A stretch of 64,000 nucleotides of DNA from Candidatus Woesearchaeota archaeon (GTDB taxonomy: Archaea > Nanobdellota > Nanobdellia > Woesearchaeales > UBA583). Shown here one piece after another: positions 19,533 through 27,812 of this stretch. The stretch's first letter is position 1. Each line of letters opens with the position of its first letter. Position numbers and translations under genes: made by a program. The notes under the pieces were generated by a model. It did not search any database, had not been told where the DNA came from, and worked only from the letters and a program-made list of their open reading frames with translations. The DNA lies in NCBI GenBank assembly GCA_027858315.1, contig JAQICV010000049.1, positions 4,928-68,927 on the forward strand, given 5' to 3'.

Positions 19533-20066
19533 TTATTTTTTTGATTCACAAGAATCATCTGCACAACTACCACAACTACCTGTTGAACAACCTTCTTCTC
19601 CACCCATAGGGCCAAGAATTCTAGCTTTATCTTCTTCAGTTGCTTCAGCAACATTAACAACTTCAACTTCAAAAGTTAAATCTTTACCAGCTAAAGGATG
19701 ATTGAAATCAACTTTAACAGTCTCTTCTAAAATTTCTGCAACCTTTACAGGAATAACTCCTTGAGGTCCTTGAGCAGCTAATTGCATACCCACTTCTAAT
19801 TTAATTTCAGCAGGAAATTGGTCCTTAGGGACTTCTTGCATTGCTGTATCCATAACAGGTCCATAAGCATCCATTGACTTAATCTCAACAGTTTTCTTAT
19901 CCCCTGTTTTCATTCCTTCAAGACCTGAATCTAAACCAGGAATAACCATACCAATACCAGAAATAAACTCTAGAGGCTCTTTACCCTCACTAGTATCGAA
20001 AACACTTCCATCTGAAAGCGTACCTTTATAATGAATTTTAACTAATTTTTCTTTAGAAATTTCCAT
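19533..20066 (-). CDS. slyD: FKBP-type peptidyl-prolyl isomerase SlyD-like with a Cys-rich tail
   Basis: 177 aa. VKIHYKGTLSDGSVFDTS, an IF-domain insertion, and the C-terminal CSTGSCGSCADDSCE. Confidence 0.85.
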   Translation of the reverse strand: MEISKEKLVKIHYKGTLSDGSVFDTSEGKEPLEFISGIGMVIPGLDSGLEGMKTGDKKTVEIKSMDAYGPVMDTAMQEVPKDQFPAEIKLEVGMQLAAQGPQGVIPVKVAEILEETVKVDFNHPLAGKDLTFEVEVVNVAEATEEDKARILGPMGGEEGCSTGSCGSCADDSCESKK

Positions 20067-20087
20067 AGAAAAAACAATAAATATTCT

Positions 20088-20096
20088 TTTATAAAG
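20088..20096 (-). promoter_or_regulatory. BRE/TATA element CTTTATAAA of slyD
   Basis: The minus-strand motif ends 21 nt upstream of the slyD ATG (20066). Confidence 0.5.
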
Positions 20097-20117
20097 TTAA
20101 TTGTTAAGAATTAAACT

Positions 20118-20125
20118 AAAAAAAA
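20118..20125 (-). terminator. oligo-T (T8) terminator after the SRP RNA candidate
   Basis: The minus strand reads ...CCAACCCATTTTTTTT. Confidence 0.5.
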
Positions 20126-20275
20126 TGGGTTGGCTACCCCGAAAGCATCGTCCATCCCGCACCTCTTAAGCATCCACAAAAAAGCTTAGTGCTGCTTAGT
20201 TCCCCATCTGACACATTTCACTTAGTTGCAAACCATAAAAGACAGAACTTCTACCTTATCTTTCAAGACCAACCC
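20126..20275 (-). ncRNA. signal recognition particle RNA candidate, unusually short (about 150 nt)
   Basis: An island richer in GC than its AT-rich intergenic surroundings. The termini GGGTTGG...CCAACCC pair. The internal GTCAGATGGGGAACTAAGCAGCA aligns with the helix-8 core GUCAGGUCCGGAAGGAAGCAGCC of E. coli 4.5S RNA, with compensatory changes in the stem closing the GGAA tetraloop. A TATA core lies 22 nt upstream and a T8 run follows. Confidence 0.65.
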
Positions 20276-20297
20276 AATAAATACAAAGAAAAATCTT

Positions 20298-20305
20298 TTT
20301 ATAAA
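20298..20305 (-). promoter_or_regulatory. TATA core TTTATAAA of the SRP RNA candidate
   Basis: 22 nt upstream of the predicted 5' G at 20275. Confidence 0.5.
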
Positions 20306-20365
20306 TATTGTGTATGCATTTTATTTTCAAAAACAAAAACAAAAATTTAAATATAATAAGAATAA

Positions 20366-20385
20366 TTTTATACTTAGTATAAAAT
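20366..20385. repeat. 20-nt palindromic element TTTTATAC-TTA-GTATAAAAT (copy 1)
   Basis: Identical 20-mer to 50799-50818, with 8-nt arms and a 3-nt spacer. Confidence 0.85.
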
Positions 20386-20423
20386 TAAAAAATTAAAACC
20401 AAAAAAAATAAAATTAAAATTAA

Positions 20424-21257
20424 TTAATTCTCCGAATCATTATCAGAAGAAAACAAATTAACTATTGTACTTACAGGTAAAAGTTTCACAATATTAAACG
20501 AAAACCTATCAGGATAAACTTCAACTTCTTCATCCTTAAATCCTTCAAAAATTGTGGCAACATCTTCCGAATCTACATCAGTAAAAGTAGTTGTAAATAA
20601 CACTTCACCTAAACTAGCATTAGGAAGAGCTTCTTCGATATAATCTTCAATTAAAGATTCTGGGTCAACTCCAGGAATATTTGGAAAATCATTATTCTCA
20701 ATTACAATATCCACATATACTTGATTAGAATCTTCTGAATTAACAACTTCTAAAACTTCATCTTTAGAAAGCCCGAATTCTACCTCAAAACCCATAACCT
20801 CAATATCCTCTGTTCCAGGTAAGTAATATGTAGTATTATGATCTAAAATAGATTCAAATTGCTCCTCAGGAACATAAATATAAAAACCATCCTCATCTCC
20901 AAGATTATCCAAAAAAACAACATCTACATCCTCGACAATAACACTCTCCACATTAGATGAATCAAACCCATTTTCATCTACAACAAAACCTAAACCCAAC
21001 TGAGGGTCTTCAGGAGTACCATAAATCAAATTAATATTATAATTCTCTTGTTCAACAATAGATTTATAATCCATATAAACAAGTCCTCCAACTCCTGCAA
21101 AAATTAAAATTACTAAAAAAATAACCGTAAAAACTGCAGCAATAATCTTCTTAATAAACTTAAATATAAGTACAACTACTACAATAAATAATATCGTGTA
21201 TATCCAAAAACTTAATGCCATCGTAAATAAAAAATAAAATACAAAGTATATAAACAT
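20424..21257 (-). CDS. membrane-anchored, highly acidic extracellular protein (hypothetical)
   Basis: 277 aa. Two or three N-terminal TM helices, then a D/E/V-rich domain. Confidence 0.45.
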   Translation of the reverse strand: MFIYFVFYFLFTMALSFWIYTILFIVVVVLIFKFIKKIIAAVFTVIFLVILIFAGVGGLVYMDYKSIVEQENYNINLIYGTPEDPQLGLGFVVDENGFDSSNVESVIVEDVDVVFLDNLGDEDGFYIYVPEEQFESILDHNTTYYLPGTEDIEVMGFEVEFGLSKDEVLEVVNSEDSNQVYVDIVIENNDFPNIPGVDPESLIEDYIEEALPNASLGEVLFTTTFTDVDSEDVATIFEGFKDEEVEVYPDRFSFNIVKLLPVSTIVNLFSSDNDSEN

Positions 21258-21290
21258 TTATTTTAACTAACAATCACAAAAACTACAAAA

Positions 21291-23726
21291 CTAAAAAAAA
21301 TTAGTACCAGACCAATCCCCTTTTTGTTGACCTTGTTGTGGCGCTTGATGTTTAAAAGTACTCTCATTCATACCATAAGAAGAAAATTCTTGCCTAGAAT
21401 TATAATTTCTATCAACACTAACCCAATCAGAAATTCCGCTCGATGTAGAACTGCCATAAGAATTCAAACTCGGATTAAACAAATCAAACGCAGCACTAAT
21501 ATGTGAACTTCTACCTCCAGCTTCAATAATCATTGCCTCATTGACTCCTGCCTTCCTTAAAGTATGCCTTAAATCATGCATATCAAGCATACCTGTACCA
21601 ATAGTATTATGGTCATCATCCTTACCTTGAGTATCATTAAAATGAACATGCTTTACTAATTTATCTTCAACAAGTTCCTTAGCTTGTCCTTTAAGCCAAC
21701 TATTAAATGCATCAGCTCTCAACTCTTCAGCAAGAGGTTTTCCAGTATTAGGATCAATTGGATTAAAATGTTTAAACCATGAACCTGCGTGTGCTGTATC
21801 AAGAGTACCTATTAAATGATTTTGAGCAACTTTTAGAGCATCTTCTTTACTATTAATCTTCTTACCTGTCTCTTTTTCATAATCATCCTTAATAGACTTA
21901 TAAAAATCCTCTTTCCCATTAAGTAATTTATCTGCAAAATCACTCTGACCTACTCTAATTACTGCCTTAAACTCTTCAAGTGATGTCAAATTTCCCATTC
22001 CAGGAAGCATATTCTCAGGAGAAATGTAAAGAGGATTCTTCAAAATATCAATATCTGAATAATCTTTCATACCTATCCATTTTCGAATCTCCCTCTTCTT
22101 CTTAGACATCTCATGATTAATCTCATCTTTCTCATCAAAAGTTTTAGCACTATTATACTTCTTCTCCAAATTAGATAGCTCAGTTTTAAGTGCTGGCAAT
22201 TTAGTAACTGATTCTTTAGACTTTTTTTTCATATCTAATTGATACTTCAAACCTTTAAATGCAACATGAGAAAGGCCCGAAATATTCTTATCAAAGCTAT
22301 CTTCTGCAAGAGACTTTGCATTAACTGATGCTTGCTCAATATCTTTAATTTTTTTATTAAAATCTGCTATTTGTTCATCATAATTAGAAAGCATATGATA
22401 ATCTTCTTGACCAATTGAATGATGTTTTAACTCAATAATCTGTTGATTTCTCTCAGAAATATCTATTTTAATTCCATCTTTAGCAGCTTCATTCTCCTCA
22501 TTATCTTCCTTAAAATCATTAATTTTTATAAGTGCATCCCTATTATCTTTCTCAAGTTTCCTAACTTTAACAAGCTCATCTTTAAACATATCATGCTTCA
22601 TCTCAAATTTCTTTTTCTGTAACTTAATTGACTCTTTCTCAACACTCTTTATCTTTTTATAAAATTCAGTATCTGCATTTGAATACACATTATCTTTAAT
22701 ATCTAAAATTTTATCATAGGTTATCAAATACTTGTCCCTTATTTCTTTGAAATTCTTTTCAGAGAATCCTTTTTTAGTAAACTCTGTAGGTGGTTTTTCA
22801 CTAGACAAAATTCCTTGAACTTTTTGAAAATCATCAATAGACAAATTTTTCCCTACATTAACATTAAAAAAATCAAAAAACTTCTTTTCATTATCATTAA
22901 AATCTTCTCCATTCAATAAATTAACATCTACCAATTCCGATTTCCTATCAACTTGAGTCAATTGATCTCCAATAGCTATATGACTAGAAACATTAGAAAG
23001 CTTAATCTTATCCTTTTGAGTCTTAATAAAATAATACTCAGCAGCACTCTTTCCATCAAAATCACCTTTATTCTCTCTTTCAAACTTAGACTTAGTATCA
23101 TTATCTAAACTAGAATACTCATGTTCAATCTGATTAATCTTAGAAGGGTCATCAACAAACATTCTCTTCAAAGGATCATCAGAAAGATAATCTTTTTTTA
23201 ATTTATCTAGTTCATCTGTTTTTTTATTATCAATAAGCCATTGTTTGTACCTATCCGTTAAAGTTAATTGCGTTCTTGAAGTCTGATTATGAGATTCTCC
23301 TTGTAAATGCATAACAACAGCACCACCCTTAGTAGTCTCTGCTGCAAACTTCATAGTCTCATCCATCTCTTTAATTGAATCCCATCTCGAAGCTGCATCA
23401 TAACCTTCTCTACCCATTCCAGCAAAAGAAGTAACATCAACAGAACTATGTACACTAAGAGATTGATTATTTAATTTCGCAAGCTGCATAATTGTTCTTC
23501 TATGTTCAAAACCATACTTATCAGGAACATCATTAGCATTAAACTCACCCTTACCACTCCTATTCAAATGAAGCTCGACATGTTTAACACCTTGCCTAAT
23601 CTTTGTTTGAAGTTCTGAGAGTTGATTCTGACCAGGAACTGTAGTTGTTCCAAAAGTTCCTAAAGTTTCTCGAAACCTTTTAGGATCATGTTGATCAAAA
23701 TCAGAAGAATAAGATTGCTTTGTCAT
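21291..23726 (-). CDS. xylose-isomerase-like (AP-endonuclease-2 family) TIM-barrel protein split by a roughly 480-aa charged, coiled-coil-like insertion
   Basis: The N-terminal part has GVKHVELHL, LSVHSS and GGAVVMHLQGE. The C-terminal part has GTLDTAHAGSW and HVHFNDTQGKDDDHNTIGTGMLD. A K/E/D-rich region lies between them. The start is placed at the internal Met (MTKQSYS); the ORF itself extends to 23813. Confidence 0.55.
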   Translation of the reverse strand: MTKQSYSSDFDQHDPKRFRETLGTFGTTTVPGQNQLSELQTKIRQGVKHVELHLNRSGKGEFNANDVPDKYGFEHRRTIMQLAKLNNQSLSVHSSVDVTSFAGMGREGYDAASRWDSIKEMDETMKFAAETTKGGAVVMHLQGESHNQTSRTQLTLTDRYKQWLIDNKKTDELDKLKKDYLSDDPLKRMFVDDPSKINQIEHEYSSLDNDTKSKFERENKGDFDGKSAAEYYFIKTQKDKIKLSNVSSHIAIGDQLTQVDRKSELVDVNLLNGEDFNDNEKKFFDFFNVNVGKNLSIDDFQKVQGILSSEKPPTEFTKKGFSEKNFKEIRDKYLITYDKILDIKDNVYSNADTEFYKKIKSVEKESIKLQKKKFEMKHDMFKDELVKVRKLEKDNRDALIKINDFKEDNEENEAAKDGIKIDISERNQQIIELKHHSIGQEDYHMLSNYDEQIADFNKKIKDIEQASVNAKSLAEDSFDKNISGLSHVAFKGLKYQLDMKKKSKESVTKLPALKTELSNLEKKYNSAKTFDEKDEINHEMSKKKREIRKWIGMKDYSDIDILKNPLYISPENMLPGMGNLTSLEEFKAVIRVGQSDFADKLLNGKEDFYKSIKDDYEKETGKKINSKEDALKVAQNHLIGTLDTAHAGSWFKHFNPIDPNTGKPLAEELRADAFNSWLKGQAKELVEDKLVKHVHFNDTQGKDDDHNTIGTGMLDMHDLRHTLRKAGVNEAMIIEAGGRSSHISAAFDLFNPSLNSYGSSTSSGISDWVSVDRNYNSRQEFSSYGMNESTFKHQAPQQGQQKGDWSGTNFF

Positions 23727-23918
23727 AATAAAAATTAATAAAACTAATATATAAAACTTTGTAAACCCCAAAGGTTTACAACATCTATGAATGAAACATT
23801 CATACGATACCAAAAATTTATTTTATAAATTATTGAACAGCTTAGGAATTGAAAATTCATTGACTTTGTGAGAACTGTCTAACAATAGCTCAAAAAATAT
23901 CAAAAAAATAAAAAATAA

Positions 23919-24386
23919 TTATAATCTATGTTTTCTTCTATATTCATCCCCTTCTTTCTTAAGATGGGATGCAGCTTTAAACTCTTTTGAGATCTTAGAT
24001 ATTCTTGAAATCTTTTGAACTCTTAAAAGTTTTGTAAGTCTTGCAAGTTTCAAAACTTCAAAAGTAACCAAACCATTTGCAATTAAACCAAAAGGAATAG
24101 TTGCTAAAACATCAAGCCAATTATGCATGAAAAAATCTTTAGGACCATTAGATTCAATCCACAATCTAATTAAATCTGCAAAGAAAATTATGAAAACGAC
24201 AATGTTAACATAAAAATAAATTCCTGATAAACTATCAAAATCAATTGATGTCTTTCCAGTCTCACTAAAAATCTCAAGTAACAAAAAGATTGTTACTGCA
24301 AAAACTGCTAAAAAGACTAAAAAATCCAAAAGTCTATCTATCCCAGTTTTTTCCTGAACGAAATACTCGTCAAAACTATTATCCAT
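23919..24386 (-). CDS. voltage-sensor-domain-only protein (S1-S4 of the ion-transport family, no pore)
   Basis: 155 aa. S2 YVNIVVFIIFFADLIRLW, S3 HNWLDVLATIPFGL and S4 LKLARLTKLLRVQKISRISKISK with basic residues every third position. The ORF ends about 25 aa after S4. Confidence 0.6.
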   Translation of the reverse strand: MDNSFDEYFVQEKTGIDRLLDFLVFLAVFAVTIFLLLEIFSETGKTSIDFDSLSGIYFYVNIVVFIIFFADLIRLWIESNGPKDFFMHNWLDVLATIPFGLIANGLVTFEVLKLARLTKLLRVQKISRISKISKEFKAASHLKKEGDEYRRKHRL

Positions 24387-24446
24387 TTTATAAAAAAATC
24401 ATCAAAATAGAATATATACTTTACTAACCACTAAAAAGTAACTCAA

Positions 24447-26879
24447 TTAATAATAACCAAGCCTAATAAGACTTGAACAATCATTAGTTCCTACTTGTAA
24501 AGTATTAATATTAATAAGATTAGTAGTAATATTTTCGTCATCTTCTTGATAACCAAAAATCGAATAAGCATCCGCTAAACACTTATCTAAGACCAAATTA
24601 TAATAATTGTCAGTAGTTACACTAGAAGTAATATTTGTAATATTATACAGTGCAACTTCAGGCAAAGATTTAGACCTTTTAAAGATATCATAAAAAAATT
24701 TAGAAGAATATGAATGATTCCCATCATATGCAGCATTATTATAATTCATAGTATTAGGATTAATTAAAGTAATATAATTGCAACAGCCCTTACCAAATTC
24801 AGCATAATTAAAATAATTCCTTTGAATCTCTTCATCAGTTAAAGTTCGATTATAAATCTTAACTTCATCAATTATACCTTTAAAAAATTGTCCTCCAGCC
24901 CCTAAATTCATATGTGGATCCATACCAAAAAAAAGGTTCGAACTTGAAGAAACACTTCCAAAAGAAATATTTGTAGATTCCAAATAACCATTGACAAATA
25001 ATTTACTAATTTTCGCTTCCCTCACCACACAAGAATAATACCACTCATAAGATTCCAAAATTGTAGTTGAATAATTAAATGAATCAGTTATCAAATATTT
25101 TAATTTTTTAGAAGAATTCTCGAGCTCAAATTCAAAATTACCATTAATAATAGAACTATTTCTTTTTACAATAATTTGTTGATACAAATTTAATTGTCCT
25201 TCAAAATTTGGTTTAAACCATGCACATAATGAAAAATCATCAATACCAAACTGAAATTTATCCGAAGAATTAATAATCTCAACATAATCATCAACTCCAT
25301 CAAATTCAATTCCTCTACCATGCAATGAATCTTTATAATCTACATATAATGCTTTCTTCTCCCTATATAAATCTGCAATTTCATTATCTGTAAGCTCTTT
25401 GGAGTAAATCCCAACCTCATCAATTGTTCCATTCAAAAAATTTCCACCTGCGCCCAAAGAACCAATATACAAAGGAAAACTTGAACTAACATTATAATTT
25501 CCCCTAACACTAGTATTTTTTTTAATTCCATTAACATACAAACTCATAATCTCCAAATTATAAACTGCTACAATATGATTCAAACCACTATCTAAATTTT
25601 CAATACTAAGTCTAGGTTCATAATCTACTCCATCCCATATAAAAAAATCAGTACTATTAGAGTCTATATCCTCACTTCTCCTCAAAATAAAAGCTTCAGA
25701 TTTAGAAATAATATTTTCATGATCTCCTATCGAAAAACTCTCATTAAAATCAACCCATACAGAAATAGAAAAACTAGAATTAGTGAAATTTAAAGATTCA
25801 TTGTCGAGAATTTCAATATAATCATCAATACCATCAAACAAACAACCATTACCTCTAATCCCAACAACAGAACAATTCACTCCATTAAAAATAGTCCCAT
25901 TATTCTTATACGCACTCAAATCTAAAACTTCATTACCAATCAAACTTACAGAATCAAAACTCATAAGCATTCTAGAATTCCCATAATGATTTGCCAAAGG
26001 AGAATAAATCGAAGAATCAACAACTCCAAAATTCTCTTCATCATAATCAAAACTCCAAAAACCTAAAACATCCTCATAAGAATTAACTGAAACATTCATA
26101 AACCTAGACAAATAACTACCACCCAAAGTATACTTATAAGTTGGCTCATAAAAAACGAGAGAATAATTCTCAGTTAAAACTTCCTTAAGCATATCATGAG
26201 TCCAATTACTTTCCGATAAATACCTCTCAGAAGGCCTAATTGTAACATTAAGGTCATCAAGTAATACAAACTCAGGATCATATAAAGAATCAATAGGAAT
26301 CGATACAACAAACTTATCTTCAAAATTCCAATTAGAAATATTATCTATAGTAGTAATATTATATTCAACCAACATCTGCGCAGAAACATAATAAGGTTTA
26401 TCTTCAAACAAATAAAGATCCAACACTCTAAAACTAAAATTTCCTTTATACGCATCATAAAAATTTGCAGAAAATTCATCCATAAAATAATTAATAGTCT
26501 TATTTTCAAGACTACCTTGAGCCTCAGAATCAAAAGAACCATTAATCATACCTTCAACAACAAACTCCTGAAATTTAGAATAATTATTCGAATATTTCAA
26601 ATAATTAGTATCAATTCTAGAATAATTTGTGAAAATATCAAAAGAACTAAATAATGAATATGATAAAATTGAATTAACATAACTATTCTTAAAATATTTT
26701 ATTTCATCATCAATGTAAGAAATTCTTGCATCTTTAAATTCATTATCTTTTGTAAAATCACTTTTATTCATATTAATTGCAACAAAAGAAAAGACAACAA
26801 CAGACAAAAAAAATGCTAAAAATGTAAAAGCAAATGCTTTTTTACTATTCCTCAAAATATTTTTTCTTATCATTTCCAA
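24447..26879 (-). CDS. large surface protein with a class-III-signal-like N-terminus and two tandem LamG/concanavalin-A-like lectin domains
   Basis: 810 aa. N-terminus RNSKKA|FAFTFLAFFLSVVVF. LamG repeats are FDGIDDYIEI...FSISVWV...GTIDEVGIYSKELTDNEI and FDGVDDYVEI...FSLCAWF...GIIDEVKIYNRTLTDEEI. Many N-x-S/T sequons. Confidence 0.7.
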   Translation of the reverse strand: MEMIRKNILRNSKKAFAFTFLAFFLSVVVFSFVAINMNKSDFTKDNEFKDARISYIDDEIKYFKNSYVNSILSYSLFSSFDIFTNYSRIDTNYLKYSNNYSKFQEFVVEGMINGSFDSEAQGSLENKTINYFMDEFSANFYDAYKGNFSFRVLDLYLFEDKPYYVSAQMLVEYNITTIDNISNWNFEDKFVVSIPIDSLYDPEFVLLDDLNVTIRPSERYLSESNWTHDMLKEVLTENYSLVFYEPTYKYTLGGSYLSRFMNVSVNSYEDVLGFWSFDYDEENFGVVDSSIYSPLANHYGNSRMLMSFDSVSLIGNEVLDLSAYKNNGTIFNGVNCSVVGIRGNGCLFDGIDDYIEILDNESLNFTNSSFSISVWVDFNESFSIGDHENIISKSEAFILRRSEDIDSNSTDFFIWDGVDYEPRLSIENLDSGLNHIVAVYNLEIMSLYVNGIKKNTSVRGNYNVSSSFPLYIGSLGAGGNFLNGTIDEVGIYSKELTDNEIADLYREKKALYVDYKDSLHGRGIEFDGVDDYVEIINSSDKFQFGIDDFSLCAWFKPNFEGQLNLYQQIIVKRNSSIINGNFEFELENSSKKLKYLITDSFNYSTTILESYEWYYSCVVREAKISKLFVNGYLESTNISFGSVSSSSNLFFGMDPHMNLGAGGQFFKGIIDEVKIYNRTLTDEEIQRNYFNYAEFGKGCCNYITLINPNTMNYNNAAYDGNHSYSSKFFYDIFKRSKSLPEVALYNITNITSSVTTDNYYNLVLDKCLADAYSIFGYQEDDENITTNLININTLQVGTNDCSSLIRLGYY

Positions 26880-27412
26880 ATAATTGTTTTAAATATATAT
26901 GGCCCATAAACTTGCGAATTATTAAAACCAAAAATAATCCTCTGTCTAGAAGACACAACTGAACTATCATCATATTCTATTTGAGGACGATTCAACTTTA
27001 CAAACAAAACATCCACAACTCCACTATCTTCCTCTTCAATAGTTAAATTAAAATTCATTTGTTTATCCAAATAATCCTCAACAAAAACTTGTGTCAAATC
27101 ACTAGCCAAAACCATATCATTAATATAATAAAATTCTGCTACTTGTTGCGCCACAGTATTCTCAATGTTTTTTATCTCTCCTGCAATAAACATATCTCTT
27201 ATTTCTTTATTATTCAAAGAATTAATCTTAGTATTTGTAAATCCATCTAAAATATTTTTATTAAGTTCATAAACATCATCTCCAATATCAACATTTAAAT
27301 AATAATTATAAATCAAACTAACACTTAAAATTAAAACAATAAAAGATAAAATCAAATCAAACATAAATATTTGACCACTCTTTTTCCTAATTAAAATCAA
27401 CTTGAAACACAT
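26870..27412 (-). CDS. type IV pilin-like protein (class III signal peptide)
   Basis: 180 aa. IRKKSG|QIFMFDLILSFIVLILSVSLIY. It overlaps the downstream gene by 10 nt and the upstream gene by 16 nt. Confidence 0.55.
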   Translation of the reverse strand: MCFKLILIRKKSGQIFMFDLILSFIVLILSVSLIYNYYLNVDIGDDVYELNKNILDGFTNTKINSLNNKEIRDMFIAGEIKNIENTVAQQVAEFYYINDMVLASDLTQVFVEDYLDKQMNFNLTIEEEDSGVVDVLFVKLNRPQIEYDDSSVVSSRQRIIFGFNNSQVYGPYIFKTIIWK

Positions 27413-27804
27413 GGAACATCATTAACAATAATACTACTTGAACCAACCCCAGTAACATTAGAATCTGAGTCTATCTTTACCAAATTACCATCCTTTTCAA
27501 AAACAATACAAAAATCATCTCTAATATTTAATTCTTCTCGTAATTGTTCAATATCTATTTGTAATAAATTTTCAACTTGAATATTATTCTCCTCATCAAT
27601 AATTTCAGTATTTTTAAATTCATCAACAATTGCATTAGAATATACTGAAGCTTCAGCATATAAAGCATCAACATCAACATCAGAAGTATTATTAACCTTT
27701 GTTGCAACTAAAAACAAAGCCCCAAAAAGCACTACAACAATCACAACTAAAATATCTGTCGAAATTGCTTGACATTTTTTATTTAAATTATTTCTCTTTT
27801 CCAT
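27397..27804 (-). CDS. type IV pilin-like protein (class III signal peptide)
   Basis: 135 aa. NKKCQA|ISTDILVVIVVVLFGALFLVA, followed by a small globular domain. Confidence 0.5.
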   Translation of the reverse strand: MEKRNNLNKKCQAISTDILVVIVVVLFGALFLVATKVNNTSDVDVDALYAEASVYSNAIVDEFKNTEIIDEENNIQVENLLQIDIEQLREELNIRDDFCIVFEKDGNLVKIDSDSNVTGVGSSSIIVNDVPCVSS

Positions 27805-27812
27805 CTTTCATA

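Noticed and set aside
24447-26879. Diversity-generating retroelement targeting the LamG protein (DGRs are reported in small-genome archaea)
   Set aside because: No reverse transcriptase ORF is in the window. I found no template/variable nucleotide repeat pair, and the two LamG repeats are diverged at the DNA level.
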